Translations under genes and position numbers: made by a program | Origin: Bacteroidota bacterium | GTDB taxonomy: Bacteria; Bacteroidota; Bacteroidia; Chitinophagales; Chitinophagaceae | Direction of reading: 5' to 3' | DNA length: 64,000 bases | NCBI GenBank assembly: GCA_040007355.1 | Contig: JBDTVE010000251.1 | Location: 30,820-94,819 of the forward strand | Notes under the pieces: generated by a model | Seen by the model: the letters and a program-made list of their open reading frames with translations, nothing else | Databases searched by the model: none | What the model was told of the DNA's origin: nothing | In this document: piece by piece, positions 9,140 through 19,027 of the stretch | How the letters are laid out: each line of letters opens with the position of its first letter | Numbering within the stretch: the first letter of the stretch is position 1

Positions 9140-10355
9140 TTATCCTTGATGCTGCCCGGTGCCCGGTCTGTTATAATTATCTGCCCATTCTCCAGCACTT
9201 GCTGGTTACCGGTACCAACAAACCAATTCGGGTCTGTCCACAATATATCCTGAGCCTGCATCCCCTGCCTTTTTCATACGCGTCACCGGGGCTTAATGCC
9301 AACCCGTTAATCCATCATACGCATTAATGAAGGCTTTTCCGCGACTTCATTAATAGATAGCCATAAACCACCTTCTCCATTCGGGGTATTTTTTATGTTT
9401 TGCCTGCAACTGCAAATTGGGATGTTTGCAATAGGTTCAAATATCTCTTTGTGGCGCCGGGTTCTATAAAAATACCCATAGGATTGTATTGCTCACGAGT
9501 AATATAGTTGACAAATTTGGGCTGGGGATTGATGATTACCGGGTGCAACAAGTTTAACGAAATTAATGATCCGGTTCGGGGTTTCCGGCATGGTTTAACA
9601 ATTCCAGTTTCTTGTGAAAAACCATCCTTCCGGTAAAATTACAATTCAATAAAACCGGTAAAAATGAAACTCCCACTGTTACTTTTTTATTATCCTGTCC
9701 TTTTCTTTCAAAAGTGCTGCCAGCAACCGCCCATGTCTATTACGCCGGCATTTGGAAATACGAAACCCGTTTAGTTTTAGTCCAAAACCATCGCGTTTAT
9801 AATTACTTTAAAACGCTAATTGTGAAACGTCTTATCGTTTTGTCGATCTCCATTTTCGTTTATTTGAATAATGCATCGTCGCAGATATGGAACAACTGGA
9901 TTGATGCAGGTGCGGCATACAGGTATCTTTTAAATTCCCCTCGTATCGTTGTAAAGGATATACGTTCGGTCGTATGCGCCATACTTCAGCCGTTCTTATG
10001 ATGGCTTTAGTACAAAGCTCAGGTAAAATGCAGATTCATCAACTGTTGATAAAACGAGGCGGCTTTGCGGGTACTGTTGTCAGACCTCGAGAAAATGTTC
10101 CTTTCTCTGGCCGGCGGTGCGCGGCATGCAAAGCCCCGAAGGTATGTAAGCTATCAGCGAAGAATGCAGCACTTCGTAATGCCCGGCCCGCTTTAAGGCC
10201 GTTGTATTAAAAGAATTTATTGAAAATATCGCGGAAGCAGATCCTTCCTAAGGTCAGGATAACAATGATGAGGGTCAGGATGACAAGAAAGATCGGAATG
10301 GCAAAGATTTGATAACTTTCATATCTTTAATATCATCTCAATCACTTCACTATTT

Positions 10356-12206
10356 ATGAAAAGAATTATCGGTCTGGCCTTCTTTACAATTACTATTTTT
10401 TCTTTTGTATTTGGCCAAACAAACAATAAAAAAATATTATACCGCAAGGTAACGGCTATGATACCCATGCGCGATGGGGTTAAACTCTATACCACCATTT
10501 TTGAACCGGTGAACGCAGACTCGGCTGTACCCATATTGCTGCAGCGCACGCCCTATGGTGCGGAACGCAGTCAGTACAAAGACCCCGTTTTCAGCCTTGA
10601 GGGCTGGTCGCAAATGTGGCCCATGACCGAAGAAGGATATATTTTTGTTATACAGGATATCCGCGGCAAATATAAAAGCGAAGGCAGTATGCAGATACAC
10701 CAACCCCTGGTGCATGCCACGCAAAAGGGCGCCATTGATGAAAGTACCGATACCTATGACGCCATTGACTGGCTCATAAAAAATACGCCCAATAACAATG
10801 GCAAAGCAGGTATACTGGGTATCTCCTATCCCGGCTGGCTGGCCCTGGTAGGCTCGGTAGATCCACACCCGGCATTAAAGGCCTCTTCAGAACAGGCTTG
10901 TATGAGCGATCTGTTCCTGGGAGATGATTTTCACCACAACGGTGCTTTCCGTTTAAGCTATGGCATGGAATATACCTATGAACTGGAATTTGATAAAACC
11001 ACGGACAGTGATTTCCCCTTTCCGCAATTTGACCTGTTTGACTGGTACCTGCAATTGGGTTCGCTTAAAAACGTAAACGAAAAATATTTCCATCATAAAA
11101 TCCCCACCTGGAACAATTTTGTACAACACCCCAATTACGATTCTTTCTGGCAAAAAAACTCGCCACTTAACTATGTACAATATGCACAGGTACCTCAATT
11201 ACATGTGGGCGGATATTACGACCAGGAAGATCTCAACGGACCGCAGCTGATGTATGCTCATATGGAGCAAAAAGACAGTTTTAACCGCAATCATATTGTG
11301 CTGGGTCCCTGGAACCATGGGCAATGGTCAAGGGAAAAAGCAGACAGTCTGGGCAAAATTGCTTTTGGCAGTAATACGGCGGAATGGTTTAAACGGCTTC
11401 AACAGAAATGGTTCGACTACTGGTTGAAAGGGATCGGTGATGGAAAATTTGAAGAAGCCTATTGTTTTCAGACGGGCAGCAACCAATGGAAAACCTATAC
11501 GAGCTGGCCCCCCAAAGAAGCCCTTAAAAAAAATTTATACGCTGTGGCGGGTAACAAGGCATCTTTTGCGGCGCCGGTTGCTACCGGCGGAAGCATTTCC
11601 TATACCAGCGACCCGGCCCGGCCTGTTCCCTATCGCATCCAACCCATAGAAGCCACTTATGGAAAGGGCAGCCGCTGGCGGCCCTGGCAGGTGGAAGACC
11701 AACGTTTTGTTTATACCCGGCCCGATGTGATCAGCTTTAGCACGGACTCCCTGAGGGATGATCTGACCGTAACCGGCCAGCTAACCACCCACCTGTTTGC
11801 CAGTACAACAGGCACGGATGCCGATTGGATTGTAAAACTGGTGGATGTATATCCCGCGTTTTACCAGGATAATATACTGATGAGCGGTTATCAGTTACCG
11901 GTAGCCATGGAAGTATTCAGGGGCCGGTTTAGGAAAAGTTTTACCAACCCCCAAGCCCTGGTTCCCAACCAACCCACGGAATTCATCATTGATTTGCACC
12001 AGATCAACCATACCTTTTTAAAAGGCCACCATATCATGATACAGGTGCAAAGCAGCTGGTTCCCGGTGATAGACCGCAATCCCCAAAAATTTATACCGAA
12101 TATTTTCGAGGCAAAAGAAAGCGATTTTATAAAGGCGAAACAGACCATTTATTTCTCTGCCCGCTACCCGACCCATATTGAATTACCCGTGATGCCCCAA
12201 CACTGA
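10356..12206 (+). CDS. CocE/NonD family hydrolase (S15 X-Pro dipeptidyl-peptidase-like)
   Basis: Signal peptide, then LLQRTPYG, the nucleophile elbow GILGISYPGW, and a C-terminal beta-sandwich part with DVYP...G..L. Confidence 0.8.
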   Translation: MKRIIGLAFFTITIFSFVFGQTNNKKILYRKVTAMIPMRDGVKLYTTIFEPVNADSAVPILLQRTPYGAERSQYKDPVFSLEGWSQMWPMTEEGYIFVIQDIRGKYKSEGSMQIHQPLVHATQKGAIDESTDTYDAIDWLIKNTPNNNGKAGILGISYPGWLALVGSVDPHPALKASSEQACMSDLFLGDDFHHNGAFRLSYGMEYTYELEFDKTTDSDFPFPQFDLFDWYLQLGSLKNVNEKYFHHKIPTWNNFVQHPNYDSFWQKNSPLNYVQYAQVPQLHVGGYYDQEDLNGPQLMYAHMEQKDSFNRNHIVLGPWNHGQWSREKADSLGKIAFGSNTAEWFKRLQQKWFDYWLKGIGDGKFEEAYCFQTGSNQWKTYTSWPPKEALKKNLYAVAGNKASFAAPVATGGSISYTSDPARPVPYRIQPIEATYGKGSRWRPWQVEDQRFVYTRPDVISFSTDSLRDDLTVTGQLTTHLFASTTGTDADWIVKLVDVYPAFYQDNILMSGYQLPVAMEVFRGRFRKSFTNPQALVPNQPTEFIIDLHQINHTFLKGHHIMIQVQSSWFPVIDRNPQKFIPNIFEAKESDFIKAKQTIYFSARYPTHIELPVMPQH

Positions 12207-12396
12207 TAGCTACTGAAACCAGGACTAAGCGCCGGGCAGGCAGCGGTGTTTGCCCGCAACAGCGCTGCCCAAAGTTTTACTGTACAAGGGTGCGACGCAA
12301 ACATGCCGACCATTGGTACAGTGGCCTGGTACATTTGCTTCAAAAAAAAATGCCCCGGCGGAATATCGAACTTTTATCGTTAACCAATTTATTTGT

Positions 12397-12876
12397 ATGC
12401 TCAGTTTCAAACGCACGGTTTACAATGACCCCGATTTTTTATTGCTGGTAAACCAGCTTGACGAAGATCTGAGAAACCGGTACCAGGAGTACCAGGATAT
12501 ATTTACACCGCTGAACAAAATGGATAACACGGTAAAGGTGATTGTTGCGTATAACGAAAACCAGGCTCTAGGCTGCGGCGCACTCCGCCCCATGCAGGAA
12601 GAACATACCATTGAATTAAAGCGGATGTTTGTACATCCTTCCAGTCGCGGCCGCGGCATCAGCAAAGAATTATTAAAAGAACTGGAGAACTGGGCCATTG
12701 AACAGGGCAATACATCTATTCTTTTGGAAACCGGTATAAGACAGCCAGAAGCTATTGCATTGTACCAGCAATCGGGTTATACGGTTACCGAGGCTTTTGG
12801 CGACTACCGGCATATAGAAGCATCCATGTGTATGAAAAAAGAAGTGGACCCGCGGAAATCTCCTGTATCCCGATAA
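12397..12876 (+). CDS. GNAT family N-acetyltransferase
   Basis: Acetyl-CoA motif VHPSSRGRGISKELLKELENWA. The track ORF starts at 12250, but the GNAT-length protein starts at ATG 12397 (MLSFKRTVYNDPDF...). Confidence 0.75.
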   Translation: MLSFKRTVYNDPDFLLLVNQLDEDLRNRYQEYQDIFTPLNKMDNTVKVIVAYNENQALGCGALRPMQEEHTIELKRMFVHPSSRGRGISKELLKELENWAIEQGNTSILLETGIRQPEAIALYQQSGYTVTEAFGDYRHIEASMCMKKEVDPRKSPVSR

Positions 12877-13192
12877 GCAATTTCAATCCGGGCAAGCAGG
12901 CTTATCGCCAGCGGCAAACCTTAGGCAACATTAAAATCCACCAGCACCCAGCCCAGACCAGTCATCGCACTAATCATTTCTCATACTATCCGCAGTCTGA
13001 AACCCCGATATTTTTGATTCTTATTTTTCTTAAGCGCAGCCCCAACAAGTAGGTTGCTGCACGTTTTCATTTAATAATCATTTAACCCTGTGTTCGCTAA
13101 CCATTGCCATTAAATTTTGTTTCAGCAGCCTAGTTTGGCTAACTTAGCCGCAAGCTGGAAATCATTCCTTCATCTATATATAAAAGGTTCTC

Positions 13193-14518
13193 ATGGGCAT
13201 TATTAAAGAAAGGTTCAAAACAAAAGCAGATGCAGCCAGCCTGGAAATTAAAGAGCTGCTGAAAGAAAATGGCAGCAAAGTAATTGGCGAAGTAACATTG
13301 AACCAGATCTACCAGGGTATGCGTGGCATTACCGGTATTGTATCTGAAACCTCCCTGCTTGACTCTAAGGAAGGTATCCGTTTCCGTGGTTATTCCATCC
13401 CCGAATTACAACAAAAACTGCCCAAGGCGAAAGATGGCACCGAGCCTCTGCCCGAAGGCTTGTTTTATTTAATGCTGGTAGGCGAATTACCCAATGATGA
13501 AGAGGTGGCCCTTGTTACCTCTGTTTGGCAGCGCCGGAGCCATGTGCCCAATCATGTATTTGACACCATTGATGCATTGCCGGTTGGCGCCCATCCCATG
13601 ACAATGTTTACCGTGGGTATTATGGCCCTGCAAACTGAAAGTAATTTTGCGAAGGCATACGCCAAAGGTATCAGCAAAAAAGATTACTGGAGCGTGATAT
13701 ATGACGATGCTATGGACCTGATTGCAAGACTGCCCCGCATTGCCGCCTATATCTATCGCAGAAAATACAAAAAGGGCGAACATATTAATCCCAATGGACT
13801 GCTTGACTGGGCGGGTAATTTTGCCCATATGATGGGTTTTGAAGATGAAACTTTTAAAGAACTGATGCGGTTATATATGACCATTCATGCTGACCACGAA
13901 GGCGGCAATGTGTCGGCCCATACTACCCATCTGGTAGGTTCTGCACTCAGCGACCCGTTTTTAAGTCTGGCCGCCGGCATGACCGGGCTTGCGGGTCCCT
14001 TGCACGGACTGGCCAACCAGGAAGTGATTAAATGGATATTTGAACTCCGTGATAATTTAAAAACCGATTTGCCCACCAAGGAACAGATTGCTGAATACGT
14101 AAAAAAAACCCTGGGCGAAGGAAAAGTGGTACCGGGTTATGGGCATGCCGTTCTTCGCAAAACCGACCCACGGTTTACCGCACAGATGGAATTTGGCAAA
14201 AAACATATGCCCAACGACCCGCTCGTACAAACCATCTGGAATGTGTACGATACCGTACCGCCCATTCTTCAATCATTGGGTAAAATAAAAAATCCGTGGC
14301 CAAATGTAGACGCACACAGCGGCGCCCTGCTGGTACATTATGGACTGGTGGAATATGAATTTTATACGGTATTGTTTGGTGTGAGTCGCGCACTGGGTGT
14401 ACTGGCCAGTCTTTGCTGGGACAGGGCCCTGGGTTTTCCATTAGAAAGACCCAAATCGGTGACCACGGAACTGGTAAAAAGATGGTTGAAGGGAGAAGAC
14501 GCCATTTGGGGCGATTGA
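13193..14518 (+). CDS. gltA: citrate synthase
   Basis: Signatures HADHEGGNVS, GPLHGLANQE and VPGYGHAVLRKTDPR. Length 441 aa. Confidence 0.92.
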   Translation: MGIIKERFKTKADAASLEIKELLKENGSKVIGEVTLNQIYQGMRGITGIVSETSLLDSKEGIRFRGYSIPELQQKLPKAKDGTEPLPEGLFYLMLVGELPNDEEVALVTSVWQRRSHVPNHVFDTIDALPVGAHPMTMFTVGIMALQTESNFAKAYAKGISKKDYWSVIYDDAMDLIARLPRIAAYIYRRKYKKGEHINPNGLLDWAGNFAHMMGFEDETFKELMRLYMTIHADHEGGNVSAHTTHLVGSALSDPFLSLAAGMTGLAGPLHGLANQEVIKWIFELRDNLKTDLPTKEQIAEYVKKTLGEGKVVPGYGHAVLRKTDPRFTAQMEFGKKHMPNDPLVQTIWNVYDTVPPILQSLGKIKNPWPNVDAHSGALLVHYGLVEYEFYTVLFGVSRALGVLASLCWDRALGFPLERPKSVTTELVKRWLKGEDAIWGD

Positions 14519-14546
14519 AGAATAAATGATTGATATTTAGAAAATT

Positions 14547-14590
14547 GAGTTATAGAAAACCCGGCAGTATGGCCGGGTTTTCTATAACTC
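14547..14590 (+). terminator. Rho-independent terminator with an unusually long perfect palindrome downstream of gltA
   Basis: A perfect 19-bp stem pairs 14547-14565 with 14572-14590 around a 6-nt loop. The GC-rich core is AAAACCCGGC/GCCGGGTTTT, followed by a T-rich tail. Confidence 0.7.
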
Positions 14591-14664
14591 AAACTTATTT
14601 TTAACAAATATTAAATTTGATTTACCTTAAAATCAATGTTTAAACATCTATATTTGTATTCTAA

Positions 14665-15204
14665 ATGATTACAAGTATGTCAAAATGGATATTTGATCCT
14701 AATCACACAGAGGTAGGTTTTAAAGTAAAACACCTGGTTATTTCTACCGTGTCGGGAAAATTTGGCTCTTTTGAAGGAAGCGTTGAAGCCAAAAAAAAGG
14801 ATTTTAGTGATGCAAAAATTTCTTTTTCCGTCGCAATAAATAGTGTTTATACCGGCCAGGAACAAAGGGATGCGCATTTAAAATCAGCCGATTTTTTTAA
14901 CGCTGAAAAATACCCGCAGCTCCTGTTTGTTTCTTCCCAGCTGGTGCCCTTAAAAGGCAATGAGTATAAGCTAAAAGGTGATCTGACCATCCACGGCGTT
15001 ACAAAACCCACTGAGCTGAATGTAGAATTTGGCGGCATCCAAGACGACCTGTATGGACAAACAATTGCCGGGTTTGAAATAGAGGGCAAAATAAAGAGAT
15101 CTGATTTTGGTCTGAACTGGAATGCTGTAACAGAGTCGGGCGGACTGGTAGTGGGAGACGATGTGAAAATCCAGGTGAATGCGGAGTTGATAAAAAAAGA
15201 TTAA
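14665..15204 (+). CDS. YceI family protein
   Basis: WIFDPNHTEVGFKVKHLVISTVSGKFGSFEG ... LTIHGVTKP are YceI-like lipid/polyisoprenoid-binding domain signatures. Confidence 0.85.
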   Translation: MITSMSKWIFDPNHTEVGFKVKHLVISTVSGKFGSFEGSVEAKKKDFSDAKISFSVAINSVYTGQEQRDAHLKSADFFNAEKYPQLLFVSSQLVPLKGNEYKLKGDLTIHGVTKPTELNVEFGGIQDDLYGQTIAGFEIEGKIKRSDFGLNWNAVTESGGLVVGDDVKIQVNAELIKKD

Positions 15205-15388
15205 TGCAGGATGCATGGCGCCGCTGGTAAAAAGCTTGTTGCCTTGGGTTATGCAGCCTTGCTGCAGCCTGCTAAAAACAGGTTTACGGGGTGCCAAACC
15301 AATCATTTTGTTGATAATGATATTTAAAACAAACTAAGAAGAATAAAATAAAGGCCCAATAGCACGGATTTAATGAAAGCACAGACCG

Positions 15389-15421
15389 ATCCCCGGCAGG
15401 CAACTTCCGGGGATATTTTTT
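15389..15421 (+). terminator. Rho-independent terminator
   Basis: ATCCCCGG (15389-15396) pairs with CCGGGGAT (15407-15414) around a 10-nt loop, followed by ATTTTTTG. Confidence 0.6.
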
Positions 15422-15479
15422 GCATGTATGTTATATTGTTTTTTCTTGTTGGTTTTGCGGAGGGCTTGCCCGGAATTAA

Positions 15480-15849
15480 CCTTGGCTTATCTTAACTATC
15501 CAAACACGCCAGCGATAGCCCATAGCACTGAGATGTCGACGACAGGTGCGCTGTATTTTTGCTTCGTTGCCGTTTAACCTTCTGCCCGTACCCATTTGGC
15601 TCCTTAAAATCATCCTCATCGCCAAAATTAATGGCAACAGAGGAATCCTTTTTATCGGTATTCGCAAAAACAGTATGTCCATTCCCTTTCCGACAATTAT
15701 AAATTCATCGGGCGCAATATTGATGATGAAGCAAACGCTACGCATAGTTGGTGTGTTCGGCAACCATACAGAGATAGGAAGCCGGCAGCCCGCGCACATC
15801 GCTGGGCCACAAACACTAACCTGTATTTTATCTTCTGTTTTTGCATTTT
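15480..15849 (-). pseudogene. Degraded C-terminal fragment resembling the DUF5597 domain of GH35-type beta-galactosidases
   Basis: Minus-strand pieces lie in different frames: ...FIINIAPDEFIIVGKGM / HTVFANTDKKDSSVAINFGDEDDFKEPNGYGQ / GTGRRLNGNEA. There is no intact ORF with a plausible start. The family assignment is from memory only. Confidence 0.3.
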
Positions 15850-18288
15850 CTATCTGGCAGTAATGTACACGGTGGCTGTAGGCAGACCCGCGGCGGTTGC
15901 CTTCAGGGAAACGGTTCCTCGACGGCCATTGGACTGTATAACGGCAAGGCATAATCCATTAAATGCGTTCCGCGACGTTGTTTTAAATGATTCCATGCTT
16001 ACCGGGTTACCGTTATCCGTTCCTGCAATAAAACCGTTGCCATTTACTTCAAACTTTACCAGGTTATCTGCATCCGGCACCATGTTCCCATCTTTATCAA
16101 CCAGTTTTGCGGTCACAAATGAAAGATCGGTTCCATCGGCATTGATGACGCTCCTGTCTGCTGTAAGTAAAATGGCCGCCGGCGCGCCCGCCGTATGGAT
16201 GATTTTTTCCAAAACTGTTCTTTTGTTTTTCCTTGAAACCGCTTTTAAGGTACCCGGCGCATAGACAACCCGCCACATCACGTGCAGATCATCCCCGTCT
16301 TTTTTCTTTATCCCCAGGGATTTACCGTTCAGGAAAAGTTCCACCTCGTCTGCGTTATTGTAATAGGCCCATACATCAATTGTTTGACCGGGCGTCCAGT
16401 TCCAATGCGGGAAAATATGCAATACGGGTTTGCTGGTAAAAAGGCTTTGGTACAGGTAATACACATCTTTGGGAAAACCTGCCAGGTCAATGATACCAAA
16501 ATAGGAACTGCGTGCCGGCCAGGGATAGGGCGTTGGTTCGCCAATATAATCAAACCCGGTCCATATGTACATGCCGCTGGCAAAATTGTATTTCAATAAT
16601 TCTTTCAGGGTTTCTTCGTGGGTAGAACCCCAGGGCGCGGAACAATTGTCATACGCGGAGCAGGTAAGATCCGCATTGGGGCCTTCAAGAGATTTATTCG
16701 AGCGTTGGGGCCAGCGGCGGATACTGTCTGAAGGCATATCATAATGGCCTCGTGTCTGCAGTGCCGACACCGTTTCCGTGGCGATGAATTTTTTGCCGGG
16801 GAATTTGTTGGGAAAAGTCTTGTAGGCCCGGTGATTATAATTAAACCCTACCAGGTCCAGCGCACCCGATTGATAGACGTCATTGCCCGGCACGGGATTG
16901 TTCAATGCCGAGGTAATGGGTCTGGTAGGGTCGAGCGATCTGACAATAGCAGCCAGTTCAGTTGCAATCAGTATCCCGGATGAATCATTTCCATCCTTAC
17001 GTGCCCACTGTTCGGGAATCTCATTACCAATGCTCCAGATAAAAACCGATGGGTGGTTGCGGTCCCGCAATATTTGGTCTTGCAGGTCTTTTTTATGCCA
17101 TTCATCCCAGTTAAGATGGTAATCATATTTATTCTTTGGTTTCTTCCACATATCAAAAGCTTCATCCATAACAATAAAACCCATTTTATCGCATAGGTCA
17201 AGCAATTCCGGTGCGGGTGGGTTGTGCGAAGTACGGATACCATTGCAACCCATTCCTTTTAATATTTCCAGTTGTCGTTCCAATGCCCTTTTGTTGATAG
17301 CGGTTCCCAGACAGCCAAGATCATGGTGATCACAAACCCCGATAATCTTAAGCGGTTTGCCATTGAGCGAAAATCCCTTATCGGAATCAAAATTAAAATA
17401 GCGGACGCCAAAGCGTGTACTGTACTCGTCTATTGTTTTCCCTTTTACCACCAACTGGGTAACCGCTTTATACAAATAGGGATGCTCAACCGACCATAAA
17501 CGGGGTTTGTCGACAGTAAAATCCTGCGTCACCTCTTTTATTGATTTATTGCTGAAGTTTGCCACGGCAACCCGTACCTGTATGGGTTTTAGCATTTCAT
17601 CATAAATGGTTGTTTTCAACACTACTTCGGCAGATGCTTCCCGGCTGTTATAGATGGTTGTTTTGATGGCAACGGAAGCGGAACTTTCGGTGACCGCCGG
17701 GGTTGTGATGCTGGTACCCCATTGTTCCACAAATTGATCGGCCGTAGTAACCAACCATACATTCCGGTAGATACCCGAACCGCTGTACCAGCGCGAATTG
17801 GGTTGCTGGCTGTTATCAACCTTTACGGCAATGGTATTGGGTTTTTTGTTAAAATTCAGGTAGGGAGTAAGGTTATACCGGAACGAAATAAACCCATTGG
17901 GTCTTTTACCCAATGAATGCCCGTTGATAAATACTTCGCTATTACAGTAAACTCCGTCAAAATCTATGAAAACATTTTTATTCTTTGAAGCGGCCGGCAG
18001 GGTAAAGGTTTTGCGATACCAGCCCATACCACCGCGCAAGGCACCGCCGCCGGTTCCAGTTGGACTGGTTGAATCAAACGGCAGTTCAATGCTCCAGTCG
18101 TGCGGCAATTGTAAACTGCGCCAGCCGGCATCGTCAAAATTTTCAGCGGCTGCATCATTTGCATCCCCCAGGTAAAACTTCCAGTCTTTGTCAAAAGAAA
18201 CGGTTCTTTCCGGGTCTTGTTGCGCGTTTACCTGCAGGGCGGCCAATGCAATAAACAGCATCACGGTCTTTAGGGCAATTTTTTTCAT
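15850..18288 (-). CDS. glycoside hydrolase family 2 (beta-galactosidase-like), secreted
   Basis: Signal peptide, then FDKDWKF...WRSLQLPHDWSIE, the acid/base region NHPSVFIWSIGNEI, and TIM-barrel plus Ig-like C-terminal domains. Confidence 0.88.
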   Translation of the reverse strand: MKKIALKTVMLFIALAALQVNAQQDPERTVSFDKDWKFYLGDANDAAAENFDDAGWRSLQLPHDWSIELPFDSTSPTGTGGGALRGGMGWYRKTFTLPAASKNKNVFIDFDGVYCNSEVFINGHSLGKRPNGFISFRYNLTPYLNFNKKPNTIAVKVDNSQQPNSRWYSGSGIYRNVWLVTTADQFVEQWGTSITTPAVTESSASVAIKTTIYNSREASAEVVLKTTIYDEMLKPIQVRVAVANFSNKSIKEVTQDFTVDKPRLWSVEHPYLYKAVTQLVVKGKTIDEYSTRFGVRYFNFDSDKGFSLNGKPLKIIGVCDHHDLGCLGTAINKRALERQLEILKGMGCNGIRTSHNPPAPELLDLCDKMGFIVMDEAFDMWKKPKNKYDYHLNWDEWHKKDLQDQILRDRNHPSVFIWSIGNEIPEQWARKDGNDSSGILIATELAAIVRSLDPTRPITSALNNPVPGNDVYQSGALDLVGFNYNHRAYKTFPNKFPGKKFIATETVSALQTRGHYDMPSDSIRRWPQRSNKSLEGPNADLTCSAYDNCSAPWGSTHEETLKELLKYNFASGMYIWTGFDYIGEPTPYPWPARSSYFGIIDLAGFPKDVYYLYQSLFTSKPVLHIFPHWNWTPGQTIDVWAYYNNADEVELFLNGKSLGIKKKDGDDLHVMWRVVYAPGTLKAVSRKNKRTVLEKIIHTAGAPAAILLTADRSVINADGTDLSFVTAKLVDKDGNMVPDADNLVKFEVNGNGFIAGTDNGNPVSMESFKTTSRNAFNGLCLAVIQSNGRRGTVSLKATAAGLPTATVYITAR

Positions 18289-18339
18289 TATATTATTGAA
18301 TTAGTATGATGAGCATTTCCGGTACTGTTCAAATCTATT

Positions 18340-18910
18340 GATGAGGGGGTGCCGGTGTTACAGTTTTGCCCCCGTGCTTTTTTTGAGCCTGCCGGCACCG
18401 TACAGATTAAAAACGGCTGATGGCAGTCTGGGTAAAATTAAACAAGTGCATCGGCTTATTTATACCGCGCTGGTATTTTTATTAGCCCAGTTTATAGAAA
18501 TGGATACTTTCGTTGTTTCTGGCAATTGCAAAAACCGTTTTGTTACCAAGGGTTTTTATTGGTTTGATGTCTCTTTATTCGGCTGAATAATTTGTCGCCG
18601 CTTTTTTCGTCGTTCACCCGCCGAATGGAAAAATCACCATAGCTTTTATTTGAAGGAACAGCTTGATTTACCAGGAACATATCCAGGTTGCAGTAGTGGA
18701 CACAATCAAAAAATACGGTCTGTTGAAACCTTCCACATCCAATCCATATTCCTTTGCGCGTTCGGTGAACCCAACCATGTTCGCGGTTTTCCCGGAGGGA
18801 TTGCTGCACCGTTATTAAAAGAGTCGTTTCGTTCTTGCAGGTTTTTGTATCCGCCAACTTCCGATATATAACTATCCAGGAGGCCGTCGGCATTTACATC
18901 GGCCATGGTT
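18340..18910 (-). pseudogene. Multi-frameshifted relic of an FG-GAP/VCBS repeat (CRTAC1/ASPIC-type) gene, paralogous to 21577..24984
   Basis: Minus-strand fragments lie in three frames: MADVNADGLLDSYI...SFNNG, then FTERAKEYGLDVEGF, then HYCNLDMFLVNQ. Compare SMADVNGDGLLDIYV, FEDITEKAGI and DYDHDGDLDLFLLNN in the intact 1135-aa protein. Confidence 0.5.
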
Positions 18911-19027
18911 ACCCGGTTTGTTGCAGGCAGCCAACAGTGAGACGCTGCATAAGCAGTATAGAAAACATTTGTAAGTCATTTAGACGACAATAGAGACAAT
19001 TAAATTCCCGTAACCTGGTTTGACTGC

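Noticed and set aside
12250-12396. N-terminal extensions of track ORFs (GNAT 12250, queE 25893, beta-propeller 50588, DUF2795 43654, recN 47013, DUF922 37826)
   Set aside because: The extensions lack family similarity, and the internal ATGs give proteins of canonical length or with proper signal peptides.
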